Source: Paraspadella gotoi (Eukaryota > Animalia > Chaetognatha). Taken from it: 64,000 nucleotides of DNA. Under the pieces are notes generated by a model. That model was not told where the DNA came from. It did not search any database and was given only the letters and a program-made list of their open reading frames with translations. Positions 1 to 13,533 of this stretch are shown here, piece after piece. The stretch is taken from NCBI GenBank assembly GCA_051294375.1, contig CM119264.1, forward strand, positions 18,768,266 to 18,832,265. The letters run 5' to 3'. The stretch's first letter is position 1; each line of letters opens with the position of its first letter. The translations under genes and the position numbers were made by a program.

Positions 1-475
1 TTTTCTAAGCTTTACTTATTTTCTTTTTTTTCTGCTCAATGCCAAACTGTTTTTGCTCTTTTTGTCTTTATTTTCTCTTTGTCACCCTTCTTGCTTTTAT
101 ACTTTTATTCTATCTCCGTTTCTTTTGAATATTTTCGCTTCTTTTTTCGATCTTCCATTTTTAGCTGATCTCTTCTCTGCTCTCATTTCTATCAGAAGAG
201 AATAGGATTACATGACCTCCTTGGTAAAATTCAATCATGTTCGTCAAGGTCATTTCCATATTTGTCTAATGTCTAACAACTACCAAACGAAAACGCGCAA
301 ATTATGTGGCTGCGCAATATTGACTGTGAACAAGATTTTTGCAGCGAAAAATATAGTTAGTTCATGGAGTTTTGTATCACGACCAATATTAAATTGCTTG
401 TTTTAATTTGCTACTCTGGATTCACTAAACTCGCTTAATTAACATTTATGTATTTTTCATATAATACAAATACAG

Positions 476-700
476 ATGGAAAATATACTCTTATCTTTCG
501 TTTCTTTCTATCCTCTCGCTCCCTCTTTTTTCATCTTCTTCTCTACTCTGCTCTCTCTCTTTAGCTCTTCGTTCTCTCTCTGCTTCTCTTCTCTCTCTTT
601 CTTCTCTCTCTCTCGTCTCTCTCTCTCCTCTCTCCTCTGTTCTCTCCTCCCGTCTCCTGCCCCCTCCTCAATCTCTCTTTCCTTTTTCTCCTCTCTCATC
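476..700. repeat. CT-rich low-complexity / imperfect (CT)n tract
   Basis: Direct inspection. Confidence 0.8.
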
Positions 701-3700
701 CTGTACCGACGATCTCCTATCCCTGAAGATAGCCTCGTACCTATGACAAAATTAATCCCAATCAGCAATTCGGGAGAAATGATCGCTCGTCGCAATCGAA
801 GGACCCAGGTCGTGGGAAGGTTTCCTTGAATTATTAATCATAATCGACTTTTGTGACAGCGAGAAGGCAGAGAAAGGCGGCAACGCAACGAAGCATCTGG
901 TGTGCTGAGAAGAAAAGTGGAAACAAAAAAAAAAATAAGAAGATAAATCAGTGGAAGCCACACAAGCTCTCGGTTAATTTAAAGAAAGGAGAAATCCTCA
1001 CACATAAACACGAGGGATGAGATTGGAAATGTCTAAGGAACAGTCTTGCAGCAAAGGTCACAGGGAAAGAGCGTCATAATCTAATTTGTACTGACTCATA
1101 AGAGGCTCCTGGAGTTTTTCTTGCGAAGGTAAATAAAAATACACGGACAAAGCTTAACCTCACTGCAAGTATGTTAAACGGACAGTAAAAGGTCTGCTAA
1201 TGCAAACTGCTAATCATAGTTTTATTTATTTTAAAATAAGAGAATAAAGAAAATTATAGAAGTGAGTGTGCCTCAATCGGCATGTCCGTTTCTTTTCCTC
1301 GTTTTGGAATTAGTAATGGGCAGATGGCGTTGGAGCGGTTGTCAAATTTCCCACTTTTCCTCGTTGGGTGCGCCGGTGAAAAAGAAGCCATTTGCTGCTC
1401 TTCTCCTGCCTGTTCGGCCTATTTCCGACTTTAGATTAAGGCCAAGAAGTTCTTACTCTTCCCGTTTGGAGGAAGAGATCGGATTGATGTGTGGTTGTAG
1501 CTTTTTATATACATTTTATGTTTATACATATTATAGGACTTATTTTTAAAAAAAGGCTAAATTTAGTAAAAATAGAATTCACTTCAGGAAAATATTTGAT
1601 TATCGTCTTTTAGTATAATTTTTTTTTTAATTTCAGCGGAAGATAGATAGTTCCAATGGTTTGACATTGGTCTTATTTGGAAACATTTTTCATCCCTCTC
1701 CATGAGTGCCTTTCGTCACTCTCTTTCTCTGGATCCGTGCTCTCTCGGTCTCTCCTTCTCTGCGTCCCGTCTCCTCTCTCTCTCTCGTCTCAGTCTCTCT
1801 TCGCCTCTCTCATCTCGTATTCCTCGTCTTACTCTCTCTCTCTCTCATCGTGCGTCTTCTGCTGTGTGTTTGTAGTGTGTGGCAGTAAGTCTGTATCGGC
1901 TTCCTCGTAAGATGAAACAAGTTTGAGGCAAGACAATGTCGGATCTGCACCACGATAATTTAGGCGGATAAAGCAAGCCTGAGATCATGAATGAATTGAT
2001 TTATAGAGAAAGTGATTTAGTATTTTTGTGTCTAAATTTATTTTATTTTAGGATATTTATAGTGGAAATATGGTATTTGTGTTGAAATTGAAATTAGCTA
2101 TTTTCGGAGACTTGTGTGTTCTTTTTATTTCAGTATTATGATTGTATGTCTTGTGTCAGTTCAGATAATTATATACCCATTTCTATCATTTTGTTTGCTT
2201 CGTTCTTACTTTAATTAACTCCTTGTCTTTATATTTATTCGATTTGTTTAGGCAATGAATGAGGATTTGTATGGATGCAATGATGAAGTGATCTATTGAT
2301 TCACATGGAATAATGGGAATGCAGTGAGGAGAAGAGAGAAGAGACATCAGGAAATATAACAGATTGTGCCTTAATAAGATCATTTAAAGAATGCTATCGA
2401 TCAAGTCCTTCAGCTCAACTGATCAACATCAGACAATTAATCAGTTTTAAATAAGCGAGAGCTTTAAATATAGGGAACTCTTTTGCACTTGCACTATTTC
2501 CATGCGAAAAATTTAGTATCAGCCGATCGCTCAAGTCAACAAGGCCCAACACAGTAATTCATCTCAATTAATCTTCGCAAATATGAATAATTTGAGATCA
2601 ATATAATGGACTAAATAAAAGTAAAGAGAAAGTTCAGGAGTAAGTATTACTTTATTTTTTTTTTCATTTTAAGGAACTCAGTTCTGGACTCGCATCAATT
2701 CTTCAAAACCTTTATGATCGCAGCACAATCAACACACTTTCCCTCAACGCGCTCACAGGATCATGTTGTTTGTCCCAGAAATTTCAACCAGTGAGTGAAT
2801 TTAATTGCTTTTTTTTCAATAGATTTATCATAATTTTGCTCGTTCTGACATCCATATAAGTGGAATTGAACCGACAAGATTGTGGGGGTGGAGCCGACTA
2901 AGGTGGATATCTGCTGATCTAAGGCGAGAACCGACCTAAAAATGAGCTTTTGTCGCTACGGAAAGGAATACTCTCCGGTTTATCTCAAAGACGCTAAAAA
3001 AATCTATCCTAGGAAAAGCCCTTTTTATTGTTAAGTAATTTTCTAATAATTTTATGCGGTCCATTTTTTAAGCCATTGAAAGTTGAGTTAAGAAGTCGCT
3101 ACAACTGGCAAAACTTAGTAATCTAGGTAATGGTACAGTTGTACAGAATTATACATAGATATCAAGATCTGTGTATATTATCTGATACGGCTTTTTAAAT
3201 TTAAAAAAGTAGTGTTACGTTTTTTCATCGACGATTCCTAAAAATGGTGGTTTTAGGCTTTTTGCTGAGTCCCGCCGTACAAAACAACAACCGAACGATC
3301 TCGGTAACGAACTCTAACGAAACGATCGACGACGATTGCAGGACGAAGACGGCAGCGGCGGCGCGGGCGGGCGGGGGCGGGCGGGCGGACGGCGCGCGAA
3401 CTTTCGAACAGGAGCGAAGGCGATCAGAGAGAACGTGAAGACGAATCGGACGAGCAAAAGCAAAAGGCTTTCACCTGCGGGAAAATAAGAATATTATTTT
3501 TTTCGAAATTATAAAAAAAAGAACCAAAACATAGTAATTCACGATTTCAATGGCGAGTGAAATGAAAGATCGAATACTGTGGGCAAAATTATCTGATATA
3601 GCCGACTTCAGATTTTTGCACCCGCCTAATAAGAATTGCTGAGCATTTTTTTATTTTTTAACTCCCAGTCCAGCTTTCTTTCTTTAGTTACTGTGCTCAT

Positions 3701-4624
3701 CAATGCATGGTCTGAACTCACTAAAAAAGCTTTTTTTTTCCATTTGAATAGGACCTTCACTGTTTATAAGTATAATTTTTATGAAAAAACTGAAATGTTT
3801 GAGAATTTCGTTCCTTACAATATAGCAGCGCATTTTTGGAGTTATGTGCTCAGGGACAATCTGAATGTCACATAAGCTGTTGTTCACAACCCACAAGAGC
3901 AGTCTTTTTTCATTTTATAATTTTTCTAGCAAACTTTTAGAAATCTTAGCAAATAAGACTAAGCATATTGATCTCCCTACCAACTAAACCTTATAAAATA
4001 TATTATATACGAGTTTTTCTCTCGAATTTACTAACTAATGAGATTAAAAGAATTTAAAGTCTGTCTCATTATTCACAATAAGTTTTAAATTGAAATATCA
4101 ATTACAGAGGGGAAAATCATGTTGCTAAAAAGCTGCTGAAGAGCAGGCAGCACCAGTGCTAAGTTACTCTTACGGGACTTTTCCTAACTAATGAAATGAA
4201 CAAATTATTAATCACAGTCAGTCAGTTTAAGAGTGTATAACAATCTTCTCCTCATTTCACTCCCATTGAAATACCGTGTAAAGAATGCATGCTGGCGATG
4301 TTTGAAGATTAACTTTAAGATTTTTTTATAAATGGAACAACATCTAATAATTTATTCGTTTAAACATCAAAAAAGCCAGAATCTACTAGTCATTATCGTG
4401 TTTGGATAACAATTCATTTTTATTTNNNNNNNNNNNNNNNNNNNNNNNNNTGTTTGGATAACCATTCATTTTTACTTTAAATGCTCCCTTTTTATCACTG
4501 AAATAAAGCACTATTGAAGGATCTATCTAATCAACAACAATACACTAGCATACAGACACAAGCGCGTTCGCATACATACACTTTCTCACGCAGAAACTGA
4601 AAAGCCTTCCCATCTCAGTCTCAC

Positions 4625-4756
4625 CTGGCAAGTGTGAAGCCTGAGTGCTGAGCATTTCATGATGACGTTTCGCGACAACGGAACTCGGCGTCGGGATGGT
4701 TGATGCCACACCGACCACGAGACATTGCGAGGCGGGACAGGAGGGTTGGCAGATAC
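4625..4756 (-). CDS. IgSF gene, exon 7: VSANPPVPPRNVSWSVWHQPSRRRVPLSRN... (Ig3)
   Basis: Acceptor ttctcacacttAG in phase 0 gives C-K-V-S-A-N-P-P...V-S-W, the typical C-x-x-x-ANP...W of I/C2 Ig domains, with an NVS sequon. Donor ccag|GTGAGA at 4624. The last ~15 codons are uncertain (possible indel). Confidence 0.82.
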
Positions 4757-6322
4757 CTAAGTGTGAGAACGATAAAACGGGATCAATGACTATTTTGGGT
4801 AGAGACAATGTTGAGAACGACGTAAGTGAAACGGAAGGCGGATCGAGGTCCACGTAAACTGCCTTTCTATTAAGTCGAAGTTTTCGGGTACAAATCACCA
4901 CTTTTATTAAAAATATATTAACTTAAAACTGATATCAACATCAACATCGTCAACAACATCCGTTTTATATTTATAGAAAAGTAGCTCAATTTTACGGACG
5001 TTTTTTTCGTAATGGCGACGTTTGTTTCGGCGACGGAACTCGCCTTGTCTCACTGCGTTTACAAGTCGGTGGTGATTCGAGACATAAAAAAGGCATTAGC
5101 CCCTGAGAGACTAAACCGTCGCCGCCAGACGACCGCGCAGATAGAGGAAAGGGGATGAGGGCATTGTGGTCGATCACTTTGACAGAAGTATTTGAATTGG
5201 GGCAATGTGGTAGATCAAGCGGATAGAAGGAGAGTGGAATAAAGGTGTTTGGGATTGTGAAGTGACTGGGCGGGAAATAAGTGGGTCAGGGTTAAGAAAA
5301 TTATCGAGTTTCTTTATAAAGGATCGAGAATCGGAAAAAAATTACAAATCGGAACATTAGATTTTTTAAATAGATTTTTGTGTGAAGGTATGAAAGAACG
5401 GAGTTTGGGAGAAACAGAAAGAGAAGTTAAGTGGTCGAAATTTAAATGCTTCGAAGTACGAACATCGTGTTCAAAGCAATGACCGCTGAAATTTAATTTT
5501 GTGGAATCTAAAACAAAAGCATTTGCCAAAAAAAAAACCGTCAGAACATAAAACATTTTAGGAGCAGGAACGAAAATTACTTTCAAATGCAGCGAAAAAT
5601 TAATTTATCTATGTTTTCGATCAGTACGGTTCTTTAGAAAAAAGTAGAAAAAATATTTATTAAATTGAATTAAAAGATTAGTAACGAAGTTCAAGGTTCA
5701 ATCAAGAGCAGACTCAAATCCCCCTCCTCCCCTCAATCTCGGAGTTTTTTCCCCGCGTGTGACGCTCACCAAATCGTTCGCGCTAGAAATGGAATTCATA
5801 AAAGGCAGCGGTTGGCCTGAGCGAAAGCGGGAGCGATAGCGAGAGCGAGAGCGAGAGCGAGAGAGACCGGGCGAGAGCGAGAGAGACCGGGCGAGAGCTT
5901 TGTGATTCGCTAAATGGAATTTCGAGTTGGCCCGCTACATATGCGTGGGAGTTTTGAGGGGCGACAAGGGCAAATATCGGGCTATGGCAGCGAGGGTAAA
6001 TTCGGGGGAGAGCGACGGCGTCAAATAGGGGGTAAACAGCGGGAACAATAAAGCGGGGAATTGGAGTGGGCTAATCTGGAGGAGCGGGAGGGAAAAATAT
6101 TGGCAGGTGGCAGGGAATGTTTATTCTCGTAGACTGGTAGTGGAGAGGAAGATGGCAGAGAAAGGAAGAGTGGCAAAGGCGGTTGCGAATAATGGCGACA
6201 TAATTGGAAAAAAGAGGTCGTCGGTCGAATCGTCGAAACGCGAAGAAGAAATCACACGCCTCTTTCTTTAATGGAATTTGAACCAAAAGCTGAAAAGTCG
6301 GTAGGGGGAGGCCCGAGGGAAC

Positions 6323-6399
<77 letters not shown>

Positions 6400-6412
6400 C
6401 AGGCAGAGAGAG
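6323..6412. repeat. (AG)n microsatellite
   Basis: Direct inspection. Similar tracts at 15653-15760, 18380-18522, 19005-19095, 21347-21475, 21619-21708, 48175-48243, 50448-50503 and 54568-54645. Confidence 0.95.
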
Positions 6413-8194
6413 AGTTGGAAAGGCACTCATGGAGAGGGATGAAAAGATGGTGTTCAAATTAGAAATGTCAAAACGGCATTGGGAACGAGTCTTACTTCGC
6501 TGAATTAGAAAAGAAAATTAATTACTAAAGAGAGACCGGATAAAAGATAAAAAAAAATGAAAATTATTTTTATTTTCTGAAGTGAGCTTTTACATTTTAG
6601 CCTTTTTGTTGAGAAAATCAGTAGTAAAGTATGTAATAAAGTTATGTATAGTAGAGAAGGTTATCAACCACAACAGTCAATCTGCCGGGACTCTGTCGCC
6701 TCGGACAAATAGCGGGAAGAGTAAAGAACTGGTCTTGGCCTTAATTACAGGTGGAAGATGGCCGAAGAGGAGGAGAAGGGAAAATGGCTTCTATTCGCAT
6801 GCATACGAGGAAAATGGTGGGGAAAGTTGAAACGTCAGGACGCCATCTGCTTACTAATTCCAAAGGAGGAGGAGACGGAATGCGATTGAGGACACTCGAC
6901 GTTATAATTTTTCTTTATTTTTCTAATTTTATAAAATTAAAAATATGATGAGGCAGCTCTGATTAAGCGACTTTTACTACCGATGGTGATTAGCGATGTG
7001 TAGCAGTGGTTGAAGCTTTGTGTTTNNNNNNNNNNNNNNNNNNNNNNNNNGGATCGTTTCTTCGAACGCTGAACCGCTCTACGGAGACGTGTCACCCCAG
7101 ACGCGCCGCGGGATGGCGGGGTCGGCGCAGTCTTTGTGGCTCCAAGACTGCACTTTTCGCCATCTTTTAAAGGTGCCACTTGAAAGTTAATTTTACGGAT
7201 GGCCGTTTCTCTTGAGGTTTTGAACCCAGTTTCAAAAAAAAACGTAATCAGAATCACCAGTTAAATTTCGCGCCCGACTAAAAAGATTAACTCATCCTTT
7301 TTTCATCTTCCGTTTTCATTTTTTTTTTAAATCTTTTTTTTTTTAAATTAAATATTCTATTTTTCAGTCCCGAATCCAGGCTTCTTTAATATTTCCTTTC
7401 TTTAGTAAAATTTCCCCCCCCCCCGAGTTTTTTTCCTTTAAGTTTATTCAATTTTTTTCGGTTTCCCTCAAATGCAATTATTCGGGAAGGATTTTTTTCC
7501 ATCTCTTTTTTTTTCGTCCTTTCAAAAGACGTAATCCTATCAGCGACAAAATGCCAGAGATCGTCATAACAACAGAAGAAGGAATATTAGAACACCCACG
7601 ATCGAAACCCGATCCTCCTTTTCTCTTGGGCGTTGACGTCTCAGCGAAGAGAAAAAGGAAAATTCCACGGTCCGTCGACCTCGTATTGAAGAAAAGGTTC
7701 GACGACCGATTAGAAAATATAAAAAAAGAAAATAGATGAATGAAACAAATCCCGATTAGAAAATTGATACGAATAGCAAAAATTGATAAAAAAAAAAAAA
7801 TCCTGAGACGAAGAAATTTACATGATCCGCGTTTATCGGAAATTAAGAGAGATGGATAATTCGCCACGAAGGGAAACGAACGCAGAAGTGGGGCTCATCG
7901 CGATTACCTTTGGACCACGGAGCGTCTGGTGATCACGTGATTGTGACACTAAAGAGAGCGACGCTGAAGATGTTCCTTTTGGCCGAAGGCGACGGAGATT
8001 CCATCGACTCATCATCAGGAGAGAAAAGAAAAGGTGACGTCGCGATTGGGGAATAGAGGAACGGGGAGGAAGGAGGAAAAGGAGGAAGGGAAAAAAGGAT
8101 AGTAAAGAGGAGGCTTGTAAAAGGAAAAAAAAGGAAGGAAGAAATCAATGATGACTAGATATGTTGGTGGATAAAGCGAAGGGGGAAGTATGGA

Positions 8195-8262
8195 ACGAAA
8201 GAACGAATGAACGAACAAACGAACGAACGAACGAACGAACCAACTAACGAATGAACGGACGA
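8195..8262. repeat. Imperfect (GAAC)n microsatellite
   Basis: gaacgaacgaacgaacgaac and variants. Confidence 0.85.
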
Positions 8263-11200
8263 ACTACATTTTGAAAAGGAAAAAAAAGCGAACGGATCTG
8301 ATCCCCGACCAGGTAGCGTGCGGAAAGATGGAATATTAGAACCGAAGGTTCGACTCCCTCCTTCGCCGCAGCATCGACTTGATCGGGGAAATGGAGACAC
8401 CTTTCGTCCGCCAGGGAGAAGCGAGAGACCATCGAAATGGGGAGAGAAAATATTAATGGCGTCGGAAAGAANNNNNNNNNNNNNNNNNNNNNNNNNNNNN
8501 NNNNNNNNNNNNNNNNNNNNNNNNNNNNNNNNNNNNNNNNNNNNNNNNNNNNNNNNNNNNNNNNNNNNNNNNNNNNNNNNNNNNNNNNNNNNNNNNNNNN
8601 NNNNNNNNNNNNNNNNNNNNNNNNNNNNNNNNNNNNNNNNNNNNNNNNNNNNNNNNNNNNNNNNNNNNNNNNNNNNNNNNNNNNNNNNNNNNNNNNNNNN
8701 NNNNNNNNNNNNNNNNNNNNNNNNNNNNNNNNNNNNNNNNNNNNNNNNNNNNNNNNNNNNNNNNNNNNNNNNNNNNNNNNNNNNNNNNNNNNNNNNNNNN
8801 NNNNNNNNNNNNNNNNNNNNNNNNNNNNNNNNNNNNNNNNNNNNNNNNNNNNNNNNNNNNNNNNNNNNNNNNNNNNNNNNNNNNNNNNNNNNNNNNNNNN
8901 NNNNNNNNNNNNNNNNNNNNNNNNNNNNCCCTTTGCCTCTTTCCTTCCTTGTCTCGTTTCGCTTCTTTCCTTCTTTCCTTCTTCGCTCTTTTCCCTCTTT
9001 TCTGTTCTTTAAATCTTTCCTTCTTTTCTCGGCTTTTCTTCTTTCATCCTTTCCCTTGCTTTTCTCCTTTCCCTCCTTCCTCTCTCTTCTCTTTTTCCTT
9101 CTTCTTCCTTTCTACCTTTCGCTCCTTTTCCATTCATTTTCTGCCTTTGCCTACCTTTCTCTTCTTTTCTCCTTTCCTTCTTCTCCTGCAATTCCTTCTT
9201 TCGCGACAGTACCGCAGGCCATTATATTTTCTCGAAAAAAGGAAAGGAGGAAAAAAGGAAAGGAATGGGGAAAGGAATGAAAAATGTGAAAACCGGGCGG
9301 ATGAGGTGGACTAAAATAACGTCGATAAAAGCAGAATTTATGTTGGCATATGGTTTGAAAAGAAAGACAATAAACCATGAAATGAAGGTGGCGCGAAATT
9401 ATTAAACATAAAAAATATGGAAGGAAAATAAAAGCGTTGAAAAAATAAGAGTTGGAAAAAAAATTGATTAAAATAGAAAAGGAGAAAGAAAATGTGGAGA
9501 AACGAAAACCAAAAAAAAAATGTGATGTCGGCAGAGAAGACGAGGAAAAAGAAAGGAAAACAAACTGGGAGAAAAAAAAAGGATAAAAAGAAGTGAATAA
9601 TTGAGGAAATGCGAATGACGAAGGGGAAACTGAGGAAAACGCGGCGTTGATTAAGCGCGCGGTTTAGCGGCGGAATCAGGAGCGAAAATTATTAGAAAAT
9701 TATTATCGGGAGGAGGAGGTGGAAAAATGGAGGGAGGAAATGCAGGGATTGAATGGAAAAGGGAAGTGGAACCGCGTCAAAAAAAAAAGAGGAAGAGGAA
9801 AAGGGAAGAAAAATGGGAAGAAAAAAAGGAGGAAGGAGGAAAAGAAAGAGAGGGAGGCAGGACCGCCTGATGGACGGCTTCGCGAAATGAAACGCGGATC
9901 GAAAAGGAAAAAAAACGCTGAGAAAAAAGAAAAAAAACGATAGAAGAGGAAAAAGGAGGAAAAATGGTTCGAAAATTTAGGGCAAAGTCCTTTCGGAAAC
10001 CGGCAAGGTGGGAGGAAATTCATTTAGCCGGTGGGAAAGAAAAAATGAGCAGCCAGAGGAGAGACGATGAGAGAAGACGACGAGACTGAGGAGGACGAGA
10101 CTGAGAGAGAGAAGAGCAACGACCAGAGAGAAAGAGAGATCGAGAGAAGACTGGACAGAGAGAGAGAGAGAGAGAGATCGCATAGATGGACACAGTGAAC
10201 ATCGGTGTCGGCGATGATTGAATAAAAACAGTAAGGTCAAAAGGAAGGACGAAGCTGCGAGGGCGAAGAAGATAAAAAGTAGAGGAAGGCTTTCGAGCAT
10301 TTGATAGAAGACTCAGTTTTCTTTGTCAACAAAAAATGGACACAATAGTTGTATACGGTTTTCACCGCAGAAGGGGAGAGGAGCAGAAGCGAGATGAGGA
10401 CGACGAGGGAGAGAGAGAGGCGAGGGGGGAGGCTAGAGAAAGAAAGTTAAGATTTACTGAATAGGCGGCGCAATTGCTGTATCTCGATGGCGCAGAAAAC
10501 TCCAAGGCAACATAATGAAAAGAAATTTTTTTTTTTTCTGGTGAGATTATTTTCTGATTCGACGGTGAAATTGATTTCGCGCCATTTAATCTTTCTAATA
10601 TCACGCTGGCCATAACAAATATATGAGATTCGGAAAAGACATATTTCTTCAGAAAAAAATATTATAAATATATACATATTTATGTGGTTTATTTATTTTT
10701 CAACGTTGTTTTATCTGAAATTCCGAATATTTTGCCTCCAACGTTACTGAAAAAGAACATAATTAAAAAAGCCGTTTATGTTGCTTTCAGATTTCAAAAG
10801 CAATAAAATCAAAATGAATCTCATCGCTTTAAGCATTGGCTCCTTCATCCACGAGAGGGCGAGAACAATATTGCGATAAGAAACGCGATTACGCGTGAAA
10901 TCAAATTGAATTGAGAGCGAGGATATCATTATGACCGCAAATCACCTCTTCCCTTGCGATCGGGGAAATGATAAGATTGGGCAAGAAGTTGTCGGGTAGA
11001 ATATGGCGGACTGGGAGATGCAGGGGTTGAGAGGGAATCTCAGAGAGAGTCCACGACTTTACCCTGAGGTGGGAAAGTAAAGGCAACCTGACAATTGAAT
11101 CACTGGTAGTAACATTGATGATCATTGATCAACGTGCAGCTCTGGTTTAAAACTCCAACCTTTGAGCGAGGGTGGCCCTTTGGGTGAGTAATAAAAGTTG

Positions 11201-13355
11201 GGGTGAGGCATCGTGTCCGATCTGTCAAGGTGAGTCGGTCCGAAGATCTACGAGTTCCTAATCTGCGCCTTCGCTTTCGCGCAAAGAAAGAAAATCTACA
11301 TTTTTTTTCTTTCCCAAAATTCTTTTCCCCTATTTTTCCTTTTCCCTCTTTCTATCTTTATCTTTCTTTTTCTTCGTTCGTATTCTTCCCGTCTATCCAG
11401 ACTCCTCTTTCTATAACTAACTTTCACTCTCACTTCTTTTCTGTCTTTCGCTTTCCCTAGATTCGCCTCTTTTTTCAATTTTCCTTTTTTCTCTTTTAAC
11501 ATTTCCTTTTTTTCCTTTGTCCGCCGGTAGATCTAATAAATAGGTCCTCGACTTCGTCTTCGCCGACAAAGAAAATTGGATTTTCTCGCCAAGATTATTA
11601 TTTTTCGAACAACCAAGGGATAAAAACGAAAAAAAAAANNNNNNNNNNNNNNNNNNNNNNNNNNNNNNNNNNNNNNNNNNNNNNNNNNNNNNNNNNNNNN
11701 NNNNNNNNNNNNNNNNNNNNNNNNNNNNNNNNNNNNNNNNNNNNNNNNNNNNNNNNNNNNNNNNNNNNNNNNNNNNNNNNNNNNNNNNNNNNNNNNNNNN
11801 NNNNNNNNNNNNNNNNNNNNNNNNNNNNNNNNNNNNNNNNNNNNNNGAAAAAAGGGAAAAAATAAGGAGATGGTGATTGCCAGGCTAGAAAAATGAGAGA
11901 ATGGATAAAAAATAGAAAGTAAAAAAAGTGCAAAAACATGAGGGAGAATAAAAAATAAGGTGAGAGATGAATAAAGCGGAGAAATATGATCGAAACCTGA
12001 TGTGAAAATGAAGTGAAGAGGAGAATGAAATACGTGAGAGGATGAAAAGGCGGGAGAGAGAGAAGAGAGAAGGGAGAACATCGACAGAAAGGAGGAAGAA
12101 GAAGTGAGGAGAACATTAAAAAAAATGAGAAAGAAGGTGACAAAATTATTAATATAATTAATAAAAAAATAAGAAAATAAGACAAAAAATGGGGTAAAGA
12201 TAAAAAGGAGAAAAAAGGAGGGAATATATATAGAAGGGAAAATAAAAAAGAAAGAAAGAAAAAAGAAAAAAAAGGTGGGAAAAAAGAGAAAAATGGAGAA
12301 AAAAGGAGAGGAAAGAAGAAGAAAGGAGAAAATGGAGGTAGAGCGGGCGACAGAAAAAGGCGAGAATAAAGCGATGATGAAGAAAAGCGTCGGGTCAATG
12401 AATGAAAGCGGAGATATGAATTGTTCAGGAGGAGGCGAAGAGGAAAGAATGGGAGGTGGGTGATGAGGAAAGAACTTTTCAAGGGAAAACCTTAGACGAA
12501 TCAGAAATGAATTTAAATCGAGGAAAAATCAGATGACGACTTTGATTATAAAATCAAAAGGGTTTCGCCTGGGCAGAAGATGTTGGAACAATTTTCTTGC
12601 ATTCTCGATTATATATATTACGCCATTTGTCTCGATTTTGGGACGAATTGTCCTCGTCCTATTTGTTCTCAGAGCGATTGCAGCTTTGTTCTCGTTCCAC
12701 TCTCCCGCGTCTTGTGCAGACGACGACGAATTCACATGCTTTTACTTGTTGTTTTGTAGTGAGTCAATAAATAAAATCGTGAATTCTTCCCTCAAGCAAA
12801 ACAATATTTTCTTTAACTCTCACAAGGTCTGGATTTCGTCTTCTGTCTCTTAGCAACAACAAACAAGTTAAACTCGGGATTTAAGCCTCGCAAAATGTTA
12901 CGAGGCCAAAACTCGCGAGACGATAACAAAACGTAAAATAGTGAAAACCGAAAATAAAAACTTTTCCGTTGGGGGGCGGGGCGGCCGACGGCGACGCGGC
13001 GGCGCCGCGGCGGCCCGAAGTCGGCGCGCGAGAATCGATGGCGGCGGCGGAGGTCGGCGCCGCTGCTTAAAATTCCCCGGCGCTTTTGACTTAAAGCGTC
13101 GTTGGAGTTTGAAATATTTCAGAGCCTCATTTTTGCCCGCTGCATACAAACGATGTTGGAAACCACCAGAGCCCATAAAGGAACCCAGAGGTGAACCTCT
13201 TTTTTTTACTCACTCATGTAAAAACTCCCGAGTGAAAAAAAAAGGAGACAAAACGAGCGACTCGACGTCACCAAAAAAGTTATCTAGTCTTCGTCGTCGT
13301 CGTCGTAGTCGTCTTGATCGTCTATTTTATCGTCGTCATCATCGCCTCCACTTAC

Positions 13356-13533
13356 CTTGCAGGTGACCATGAAGACGGGCGCGTCTTCGTCGACGAACTG
13401 ACTTTTCTCGCAGGAGAGAGTCGGAGAGAATTTCACGTCGATGCGAGGAAATTGACAGAAGGGAAATGAGAGAGACGAGTTCCAGAAATCCTGGTGAGTC
13501 ACGCCGCAGCGGAGGGTCTTGCCGTGGTCGGAT
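13356..13533 (-). CDS. IgSF gene, exon 6: SDHGKTLRCGVTHQDFWNSSLSFPFCQFPRIDVKFSPTLSCEKSQFVDEDAPVFMVTCK
   Basis: Acceptor ctctccccgcAG; donor caag|GTAAGT; 178 bp, phase 2 to 0. FTPNR|SDHGKTLRC gives the C2-set D-H-G-x-x-L-x-C motif, then Ig3 begins. NSS sequon. Confidence 0.93.
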
